A DNA stretch of 63,152 bases, counting the filler, from Bigelowiella natans CCMP2755 (Eukaryota; Protista; Cercozoa), in NCBI GenBank assembly GCA_000320545.1. It is 8 parts of 8 records of this genome, joined end to end, with 100 filler letters (N's around TTAATTAATTAA, not from the genome) between each part and the next. Parts side by side here need not be neighbours in the genome. Positions count along the whole stretch, not along the records: positions 52,189 to 55,970 come from ADNK01001219.1; positions 56,071 to 61,367 come from ADNK01000194.1; positions 61,468 to 63,152 come from ADNK01000228.1; 5 more parts are not named here. One strand, written 5' to 3'. The notes beneath the pieces were generated by a model that worked only from the letters and a program-made list of their open reading frames with translations, searched no databases and had not been told where the DNA came from. The position numbers and the translations under genes were made by a program. How positions within the stretch are numbered: position 1 is the stretch's first letter; every line of letters starts with the position of its first letter. This document shows, piece by piece, positions 52,942 through 63,152 of this stretch.

Positions 52942-53661
52942 CGAAGTACATTACAGAAGATGATAACTTTGGTGAATGCGTAGCAATCAGCTTGCTTCCT
53001 GTTTTCAGCGCTATTTTTATTGCATTTTTTAAAAATTTTCGCATCGTTGTAACAACACCCCCCTCCCAAAATGCGGAAATTTTTTTACGAAAAGTGAGTT
53101 GGGGTTTTTACCGGCATTTCATTCAAAATGCACAGTCTGAATGAGTGAAGTTACTGATGAGTCTTCCACATTCCGACCCATAGGAGCGAGAAAGAAAACA
53201 TAATAATGGAGGTAGCAATAGCAGGCTAGAGGTGCTCATTTCCTATCTCCGTGGCCATATTCCAACGCGTCACACTGCAGCATCTTCCCGTCGATTATTC
53301 CCTAGCACGGCGGTGTGCGTGCGCGTGCATCAGCGTTGCTGCATGAATAGATTACATTAGACATTGTCATCCAGGCTTGTTCATTGTTGTGCATTAAATA
53401 CGCATGTGTGTCGGTCCAACACAACATTACATCGCGGTACGTCGCATTTGCCTTTCTATAGCTTTCGCTGCTATCTAGCTATGTGCTGCAGCGTTCGATT
53501 CTAGCGTTGTGTGCGTTTCACTCATTGCTGCGGGGCTACCATGCTAGCATGCTGCCATTCTAGCATTTCTAGATTTGTGAGACGGCGGTAACTACTAGTA
53601 CGTACGTAACCTCAAACCTGCATGCGCCAGACACATATTGCTTTCGCTTGATGAGCCGTAA

Positions 53662-53715
53662 CTATATATAGGATGACTATTGAACAAATTTAATTGATTG
53701 ATTACATCCGTCTTA
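53662..53715 (-). repeat. Dispersed-repeat copy E (least eroded, TA-rich)
   Basis: Reverse complement reads TAAGACGGATGTAATCAATCAATTAAATTTGTTCAATAGTCATCCTATATATAG. Confidence 0.8.
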
Positions 53716-54169
53716 CTGTTTTCGTATATATTCGCTCATTCGACACCATCGCAGCTGCTGCATGCACGTTCGCAGCTGCCCACGATACATTGGCAGTGCT
53801 TATATGCTTATTGTGACTGCGTAGTAGTAAGCGAATAACAACAATGCCACGACAATGGCACATTGTCGGAGACTTTAGAGAGACGCTCGCTCACGCGAGT
53901 CAATAAATAAGAGGTGTAGATTTTTATTGATGGATGATTTAATTAGTAATTGGCTCGACGTGCGGTCGTGGGGAGCGCCACGCCAGCGCCTCGGACCAAG
54001 CCGCTGCCTCAAACATTCAAAGAAGCTAGCGAGAGTGTAACGAGGTTGCTGACAGTAGACGCTAATCATGATTTTTTAAAGCAACACACGCCGTTTGGCT
54101 CTATCTATAATTTTCGCGCCCTCAGGCTGGCTCGATTCCTCATCATTCGAAAATACAGTGCTGAGGATC

Positions 54170-54340
54170 TTAGGCGACCCCGGCCTCGCTAGCCTTTCTC
54201 TCCAGTTTGAGCGCCTCAATTTCGCGCATTATCTGCCGCCCCTCGTCCGTCGTGCAGAAGCGATTGTACGAGTCTCTCTCCATGAGCTGGAAAATGACCT
54301 AGGAGAGTGTTGTTTATCGGTATTATTTGTCGTATAAATG

Positions 54341-54400
<60 letters not shown>

Positions 54401-54617
54401 ATAGCACACGACTACTATTACTACTACTACTACTACTACTACTACCCGCTTTGCTTTTTCCAGCATAACCCTCACGACGCGTAATCTCTTGATTTCCTCG
54501 TCCACTTTACCCTTCATATAACTTCCTTCGGGCTGCGCCACAAACTACGTGATGATGATGGTAATGATGATAAAATGTGAGCGAGCGCAACACCTCTTTC
54601 ATTTTTGAAAGAGGAGA

Positions 54618-54655
<38 letters not shown>

Positions 54656-55810
54656 AGGTGGGGGGAGGGATAAGTATCATCGATTTTCACAAGACAGAGT
54701 TTGCAAATAAATCACGAAGTTGTCAAACCGCATCTTGTGAGGTCCCGGGGCTTGCCTCCTGCCCTAGCTTGAGTGGCAGCTGCTGCTGCTGCTTGCCCTC
54801 ATTCTTTTGGAGATACCGGTGCTCCTTACTACGGCTCGGTCCGTCGGCCTGCTTAGACTCACCCATCTCGATGCCCTGATATATTCGATTAAGATTAACG
54901 CTAGTACCACTCCTCCTCCTCCTCCTCCTCCTTACACCACTGCTACTACGACGACGACGACTACTACTAGTAACACTTCGTTATCTGCCTGAATGAGCAC
55001 CTGGTCGCCGCTTTTCGCATCTATACTGCTTTTCTTCTTCTCCTTGAAGAATGCCGTGAGCGGGCTGATGAGCCTCGAGGGAAGGTTGACTTGGTACTCC
55101 GCGTCGTTGGGATCGATGTACACGTCAAAGATCTCATGTGCTTTTGCCATCATCTGAAGAGACGCAAAATCATCTAAGGTTTGGCACGTGGTAATTGACC
55201 CCCCCCCCATCCCATCACGTCACATCCCATCACATCGCACACAACCTTGTTTGCATTCGCGAGGGTGCGGTGCTCAGCCTCGCCCTCGATCTGTTCCACA
55301 TTGTTTGTCCACTCGTTCACGTCCTCCCAGAAGTGGAGATTTTCCGATGACCACTCAGAGAGCAGGAACTTGAAGAACTTCTCCCTGTGCGAGGGGCTGA
55401 AGAGGACGGTGAGGAGCTTCGCTCGCTTCACTTTCTCGCCCCCCCCGCTCGAGAACACGTATGTGTAGTACAGTGGGTATCCCAGCTGCAATGTTTGTGC
55501 TGCTAGCGTGAAGGTCAGGATGACGAAGAGCTGCGGCAAAACAAAACAAAAAAAAGCAAAGGTCAGGCTGTAGGTTGTGGAGGATGAAAAGAGGGGGGGG
55601 GGGGGAGGGGGAGGGGGAGTAGGAGGGGGAAGCGGTGCAAGACGAGGATGATGAGGACACAGAGAAATGAGACGTCGATGCTGTTGCGTTGTTATGATAC
55701 GCAGGCACACCCACCATTCCTCCTACCGAATGCAGGTTGCAGGTACCTTAGCGAAGATGAAGTCTTGTTCTCCCAATCGACCAGAATTGTAAGCGACCCA
55801 CAGGAGACCC
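54170..55810 (-). CDS. Transmembrane RGS-domain protein (7TM-RGS-like); 5' part lost at the gap
   Basis: Hydrophobic helix LFVILTFTLAAQTLQLGYPLYY, then REKFFKFLLSEWSSENLHFWEDV...AHEIFDVYIDPNDAEYQVNLP...AKR|VIFQLMERDSYNRF, all RGS signature motifs. Confidence 0.9.
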
Positions 55811-55827
55811 TAGACGATGCAGTATAC

Positions 55828-55877
<50 letters not shown>

Positions 55878-55961
55878 GTGTGTGTGTGTGTGTGTGTGTT
55901 GTGGGTCGCTTACAATTCTGGTCGATTGGGAGAACAAGACTTCATCTTCGCTAAGGTACCT
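55741..55961. repeat. 62-bp perfect inverted repeat (55741-55802 / 55900-55961) at a contig edge
   Basis: Exact reverse complement of an RGS-gene exon segment. Confidence 0.95.
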
Positions 55962-56070
55962 AAGGTGTCTNNNNNNNNNNNNNNNNNNNNNNNNNNNNNN
56001 NNNNNNNNNNNNNNTTAATTAATTAANNNNNNNNNNNNNNNNNNNNNNNNNNNNNNNNNNNNNNNNNNNN

Positions 56071-56262
56071 TACCTACCTACCTACCTACCTACCTACCTA
56101 CCTACCTACCTACCTACCTACCTACCTACCTACCTACCTACCTACCTACCTACCTACCTACCTACCTACCTACCTACCTACCTACCTACCTACCTACCTA
56201 CCTACCTACCTACCTACCTACCTACCTAACCCTAACCCTAACCCTAACCCTAACCCTAACCT
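56071..56262 (+). repeat. (TACC)n microsatellite followed by about 6 telomere-type CCCTAA units
   Basis: Read directly at the contig start. Confidence 0.95.
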
Positions 56263-56453
56263 GCTCACCAAAAATCGTCACTCTGATCCTCATTTTGGCC
56301 CTGGCCCAAATTCCTCACCACTTTGCGTCACTTTGCTCCTCACCCTTTTCCTGAGAAAAACCCTGGTCGATCTTTGTTGCCAGTTTTCCTGATGATCATG
56401 CTTGTTTCGATCTTCGTTTCGATCCTTGTTTGAATCCGCCTGGCTCAGCAGAG

Positions 56454-56549
56454 AACCCTGACCCTGACCCTGACCCCAACCCTGACCCTGAACCCTGAGC
56501 CCAACCCCAACCCTGACCCCTGAGCCAAACCCCCTAAGCCTCAACCCTG
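56454..56549 (+). repeat. Degenerate telomere-type array (CCCTGA/CCCCAA variants of CCCTAA)
   Basis: AACCCTG ACCCTG ACCCTG ACCCCA ACCCTG ACCCTG AACCCTG...; only one CCCTAA is left. Confidence 0.85.
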
Positions 56550-58831
56550 GTCTGGAAAAGAACTCTGTCCTGACCACACAACCCTGTCCATTCGATTTGA
56601 TCCTTCATTTGAGTGCTGTCGTTGAATGAAAGTGCTGCCTCTAGCAGTGCTTTGCATGCAGCCATTCGCGCATTTCTCGCTGGCTGACTTTGGTGGAAGT
56701 CACAGCGCATTGCAACCATGTGCACATTGAAAGCTTTGGTTGCCGTTTTCGTGGCAGGTGAACGTGAACATGTGCACATGATCCCAATTGCGTTGTCACG
56801 ATGAATGCACTCTTGCAATGGCAAAATGGAGAATTGAAACACTTGAACCTTCAAGTTGAAGTTTGCAGCGCACGATGGACGGAGTGCATCATTGCTCACA
56901 AAGTGCACACGACCCGCCAGCGTGACTTCTCAAGCTCATTGCCACTTTGTGAGCTTTTGAGTGCTGACCTGCTCTGCAATTTCTCACTTATACTTTTTGA
57001 AGCATGTGTTGATCAGGCTGTGGGAGGCACAATGTTGTCAATTTTTTCCCAAAGATCCAATGATGGACAACGTGATGTCATGCATGTGACAGCATGTGTC
57101 ATGTTGCTGTGTCAGACAATGCAACATTGTGCACATGATGAACACATCATGCATGTTGATGCATGTGTCTACAATTTTAGATCATCAGCAAGTTTCCCCA
57201 ATGTTTCTCCTACTTCAGCTTCAACCTGCATGTTGAATTGGAGGCTATCAAACCAATGTGGGACATGTGATGCAAGGTGTCTCGGTTCAATTAGTTCTGA
57301 AATGAGTGTCATGCACATGTGCATGCATGTGAACATGCCCCCACATACACACAGACACACGCACACGCATGGCACACACGATGGTTGGGTTCATGTTCTC
57401 ACGTACATGCATGACACATAGCATGTGTCAATGTGGTGTTCCACATGGCATTTCTTGAGCTTGTGTGTGTGGTGTGTGCAACATGCATGTTGTTCGAAAG
57501 TTCCATGCCCTACTTAGCCCCCTACCCTCTCCTTCTCTCTCACACCACCTTTAGGAGTGGAATGTTCTCTCGTTCAGCTCTCGTAGGTCCTTTATTTATC
57601 TGGTTGAAATTGGCAATAAATGGATCATCATTTCGGGTCAGAATGCAGTGCATGTCAAGCTTGCATGGTAAAGAGCAGCAGCAGCGAACCAGGTTGTAAA
57701 CACGAAGATAAATTTTCATATTCTGCTACCCTGCCAACCTTGCACACAAAGATTACTTCCTCAGAACATCATCAACCAAATATTTACGAATTACCACAAC
57801 AATTGGGATTCCATTTTTATTTGCTTGCAAAATTAGTCGATGTGCTGATAACACTGAAATTGAGGTCCCTGCTGCAATAACCTACAAATTCAAAAGTATG
57901 AGATCGTAGTTATAATAATCCAAAAGGAATAGGAGTTAGTCGTTGGTATTTTTACAAGATCGGCATTATCCACAGCCTTTGAAGCTCTGATAGAATAAAA
58001 TAATTACTTCCTTTTTTGGTTAAATTACAATACTGGTTATTCTGTAATAACAGACAGGCGCTTTCAACTAGTCCCTTTCTCCTTGTAATTAAACACCTCT
58101 TGTCCTTATTAGGAAAAGAAGAAAATACTCTATTGCTACAAATATGTCTTAGCTCTACTGTTACTACTCTTTCCTCAACACATTCATTTACCATGTTTGT
58201 TTTAAGAATGAACTAAAGGAAGCTACAACTACCACTAGTATTACTATTACTACTACTTCTACTACCACTAATCTACTGCTACCACTCACGTTATGACTCG
58301 TTCTCTTGGTACAGAGTCACCGAAAAAGACAACGTCCGGCTTTACAATACCCCTATTATGTAGAACAAATATTTAGGAAACATAATGTAATATGTACGAC
58401 ACTTGAAACGACAACAGGATTGTTATATCTTAAAAGAACAGGGAGAAAATGTAATGGAGGGTGCTTAACAATATAACCGAAGACTTGTTGAATAATGGCT
58501 TTTGAAATTGACGATAATGGCTAGTTGTATGCTGCTGCTACTGCTGTATCTCCTTGCGGTAGATGGTAGTAAGGGTGGTTTTGCCATGAAAGAAGCAATA
58601 TTAAATAAAATAGTAACATAAAGATATTATCAACTTGGAGTTGTTAGGTACATCAGTTAACAAGAAGAAATAAGAAAGAACACGAATGAATCATCACCCG
58701 CAATCTCTGCATTTTGGTACTTTAATCCTTGAATAATCCAAACCTTGGCCTTAGATAGAACATGATTGTTGTTATTATATTGTTTTTATATTGACGGATT
58801 TGCAGTATGTGAATAATTACGCAACACACGT

Positions 58832-58914
58832 ATTGCAGCAGCAAACGCAGTCCCACCATAAGATGTACACACGCATTCATTGCAGCAGCAAACTCAGTCC
58901 CACCATAAGATGTA
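58832..58914 (+). repeat. Tandem duplication with a 47-bp period
   Basis: ATTGCAGCAGCAAAC[G/T]CAGTCCCACCATAAGATGTA occurs twice. Confidence 0.85.
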
Positions 58915-59994
58915 TAGTAGCATGTTTATATTGTATATGTAGTTGGTATTAACTTCTTCCTACCAAGTTCTGCATCTCCATCAGCTCTTAAATGTTGTGA
59001 TTCAGTACCACCCGTTTTAATTTTTGCTTAGGGTAGACACAATAAAGAAATTAATATTTCTGTAGTTTCTCCTTTTTTTTGGTTTCTTTCCTTCCAAGTA
59101 CACAATTGCTACTACTACTCCTACTTCTACTGAAGTCACAACAGCACTGGCGCATTGTTTGTGACAAAAATGAACATCCATGATGGTTCTTCCTTTTCTT
59201 TTTTTTCTTCTTCTTCTTCTTTTTCTCCTTCTATTTCTCCTCTGCTATTCTCATCTGCGGAGTTGTTAGCACATACATAGTACCGAATGAAGGCTTATTA
59301 TTTCTAGTGATACCTGTGCTGTCCTCGCTACCTTTCATCAGATTCCATTCCGGAACAATCTGATTACAACAACCATGATTAAGTAGTTATTAATACAAAC
59401 GACGTGCAGGAGCAATCTGATGACAATACAAACGACAACACGTGCATTTTTATTGTTTGCTTTGGGACTGGTGGCTATGAGTAGAGATGGTTATTGTTTG
59501 TTTTAAGAATGGTGACAATCGCCAAGAGATCCCATATAATATATAATAATATAATATCTATGTGTGTATGTAAGTCGTGATAAATTCAGTTTTTGATATG
59601 ATGCTGATAGAATTCTTGAATAGGATGATTACAGCAGCAGCAGCAACAACAACAACTATGATGTTATTGATTGGGGAGACAATGTGTATTTCTTTAAAAA
59701 TATAATAATAATAATCACCAAATTTTTATCATCATTTCTAGCGTCATGTTCTTTCAACCACCACAGGTTCATAGCTGTTACGAATCTAACAACATTAGGG
59801 TATTTTTCAATTACATCCCAATGACAAAATTAGAGATTGAAAAGAAAAAGCATACACGTAGCAATGGAGAAGAAACATAAACAAACAAAATGAAGGTATG
59901 GTGGCGATAACTTTGAGATGGTACAGCAGGAAGTAATTGCAACCTTTGATGCCTATTCCTATCCCAAGTTTGATTACAAGACATACATCTAACC

Positions 59995-60041
<47 letters not shown>

Positions 60042-60056
60042 CACATACATTGGACC

Positions 60057-60104
<48 letters not shown>

Positions 60105-61756
60105 GCTGCCTGCCTATGATGATGACACATCAAGCGACGAAGTACATTAGTAATAGTGGTGGTAGGAGTAGTGGTCAACCGTTTTTGAAGAGAAAAACTA
60201 CTTCTTTCATATTAAATAAAATGACAAAACCATGCACACTCCTTCTGCTTCTACTACTACTACTACTACTTACTACTACTACTTCTACTAAAAAACAGAT
60301 GATGGGAAATAAAGTGAAGATGGAAGATTTTCCAAACATAATAGTAATAATAATAATACTACATATTCTTACTACTACCCGATGGTTAGTTCCATGTAAT
60401 TCTGTGACAGTTTTTGAACCAGCTCTTAGAAGGAGGAGAGAAGGAAAGAAGAAGGAGAGTAATAGAGAGGAGAACGAGGAGGAGAAGGAAGGAGAAAGAT
60501 TATTAGTATGTTCGTAATGGTTGGATTGGGAAAACGATGAAAGGGATTTATTAGACTATGTTTAACAAACTACTACTACTACTACTACTACTACTACATA
60601 TTAATAATCATATATGGGGATTTGTATCTGTTTGTATGATGATGATGCTTCCTGCTAGAAGAGTACAAGATGATGATAATGATGATGATGTTAATATATC
60701 ATCATCATCTTCTAAATATATTACCACCATGCATCCCTCTCTTCCATCTTAATTACCTCTCTTCCTTACCCCCCCCCCCCCTCCTCCTCCCTTTCCTCCC
60801 TCTGAGACACACATCTCATTGCATACTACTTATTATTACTTTTGGTGTAATCCATCTACATTCTGAGTAATCACGTGTTCCACCTTTCCGGCATTTTCTA
60901 ACTGAGCTGAATAATAACATAGGAGGAGGAGGAGGAGGAAGAGCACGATGATGAATATGATGCAGAAGAGCACGAGGAGGAGAAGAAGAGAAACCGAAAG
61001 ATCAGGAGAATAATGATGTCAATGATAAAAATGAGGCTGCAAGAATAGTAATAATTATATGTAGGTATTATAATGTTAGTACTACCCATAGCCCGATGAG
61101 CTTGATTAGGTTCAGCCTTGTAGAAGGGACCCCATCCCTATGTAAGCGGGGGGGAGGAGAAGGAGGAGGAGGAGGAGGAGGAGGAGGAGGATTAGGAGAA
61201 TTAATACATACGATATTATGCGTGGGGGGTATTGTTGGTAGAAGATGATGATGATATTGTTGCATTATTATCATTGTCATCATCATGATCACTTGGAGGG
61301 GGGAGAGTGGGAAGCGGATTATAGTGGGGGGGCGGGGGCGCGGAGTTGGGGGATATGTGGGGATCGGNNNNNNNNNNNNNNNNNNNNNNNNNNNNNNNNN
61401 NNNNNNNNNNNTTAATTAATTAANNNNNNNNNNNNNNNNNNNNNNNNNNNNNNNNNNNNNNNNNNNNTGAAGTAGTAGATCCCCCCCCCCCCAGCAACAC
61501 CAGGACGCTCTTCTCGATGAAGAGGATGTGGATGACGACGACGCCGACAACGACGACCACCCACACCCCCACCCACAACAAGCAAAAAAAAAAACAAATG
61601 TTATATTTTTGTGTAGTATGGTGGTACGAGACGCCCCCTCCTCCTCCTCCTCCTCCTCCTCCTCCTCCTCTTCCTCCTGCTCCGTACGCTCGGTTTTTAA
61701 TTGCACTCTTGCTCTCTCTCTCTCCCTCCCTCCCTCCCCGACGACAACAACAACAT

Positions 61757-61878
61757 ACCCCATTCGTCGCGTAGAATTTGCGCATCTTCCTCGTTATGGC
61801 TCTCCGTTGTTTCTGTGTGATAGTGATAGTAGTAGTAGTAGGAGGAGGAGGAGGAGGAGGGTAAGTCTCGTACCACCA

Positions 61879-61922
<44 letters not shown>

Positions 61923-62587
61923 GTGTGTGTGTGTGTATGTTCTTTGTACTTTTTCTCTCTCTCTCTCTCTCTCCTTTGTTTGATTTCATCACCATGCAAA
62001 ACAGCTGCTGCTGCTGTAACGTCTACCACTACCATATCAGCAAACGAGTACCTCTTCATTTTGTCGCGGCACTAGCATGTGTCTTTGTTCCCACGGAGCT
62101 CTGATGAGGAGTCAAATGTGAGATGGCGATGATGATAATGATGATGATGATGGTGATGGTGAGTATAGGCAAGAGACCTGCTTAGCGGAGAACACCACAT
62201 GAAACACGACAGCAGCAGCAGCAGCAGCAACAACAACAACAACAATGTTATATATTTATATAAATATATATATAATTTTTTTTTTTCTTACATTTATTTA
62301 TTTCTACGATTGTATTACAGGATCTCAGTTTGAGGTGAGACGGTTTCCTTCTTCCACCTCACATAGCCTATCATTATTATTATTATTTTTTTTTTTATGA
62401 TTATTATATACAGAATGGATTGCGGGTGACGGACACACAGCTACCATTGGTGGGTGGGTGGGTGATGAGAGAGAATAACAACACACGTCGATCGTAATAG
62501 CTGGTGGTAGCAAGTGTAGTTGTAGTAGTAGTAGTAGTAGTAGGAGTCCAGTGGTATTATACATCCCAATTTACACAAACACACACC

Positions 62588-62656
<69 letters not shown>

Positions 62657-63108
62657 CTTCTCTAACTCTCTCCCCCGTCCTTCCTCTCGTAAAACCACCA
62701 CCACCACCACCACCACCATGCATCAGCAGCAGCAGCAGCAGCACACCTTGCTTGGAGCGACATGTGTTCCAACTCACGGAGTCTCTAATCAAAGATATCA
62801 TTCCCAACAACGACTCATCACACCGATGCTATTTTTCTTTTGGCTCCTATGTTGCGATGGTTGATATATATTTTATATAGTCCTCTTCCATCCTCCTCCT
62901 CCTCCATCGTCATCCTCGTCCTCATTCCTTCTGCTTGTTTCATCTTCCTATCCCTCTCTTCCATCACCAGCATCATCATCATCATCATCATTATCATCAT
63001 CATCATCTTACCGTCTTGTTCACAGGCACCCCGATGTCAGTATCTTCATCAGCCTCGCTTCGCGAACCGATGTCGCCCTGGAAGTACTCCGCGTCACTCG
63101 ATCGGTAC
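61757..63108 (-). CDS. Internal exons of an unidentified multi-exon gene
   Basis: AG/GT-bounded open blocks (YRSSDAEYFQGDIGSRSEADEDTDIGVPVNKT; APWEQRHMLVPRQNEE; KQRRAITRKMRKFYATNG) between microsatellite introns. Confidence 0.4.
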
Positions 63109-63152
63109 TGGGAAAGGCAGCAAAGGGAGGGGGGGGGAGAGAGCCGACTCAT

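Noticed and set aside
57900-61360. Possible gene in AT-rich low-complexity DNA
   Set aside because: I could not build a consistent exon chain or recognise any motif.

Overview
Eukaryotic nuclear DNA made of 8 contigs joined by artificial 100-bp spacers (44 N + TTAATTAATTAA + 44 N), so adjacency across gaps is not reliable. The source is an intron-rich flagellated protist: GT-AG introns are packed with microsatellites and the telomere-type repeat is TTAGGG. A chlorarachniophyte/rhizarian origin is my guess, not shown. Genes reconstructed by manual splicing: CDC50/LEM3, Dpy-30, an intronless ankyrin(-Tudor) gene, RBM19/MRD1 (3' part), DRG2 (3' part), 2-oxoglutarate dehydrogenase E1 (26 visible exons), a class I SAM methyltransferase, CFAP100, ribosomal bL35, a TKL kinase with tandem PGDYG-like repeats, a COR-like/CHAT/STAND-NTPase protein, a TM-RGS protein, several unknown multi-exon genes and an MLKL-like kinase pseudogene. 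The most striking signal is not a gene. Intergenic, repeat and pseudogene tracts of about 0.6-1.3 kb are almost free of TpA, and the survivors sit mostly in CTAG, while introns keep (TA)n. Repeat copies, eroded telomere units (CCCTAA to CCCTGA/CCCCAA) and Tyr-to-His codons in the pseudogene point to directional TpA to TpG/CpA hypermutation. This looks like a RIP-like process opposite in direction to fungal RIP and CpG decay. All counts are by eye.
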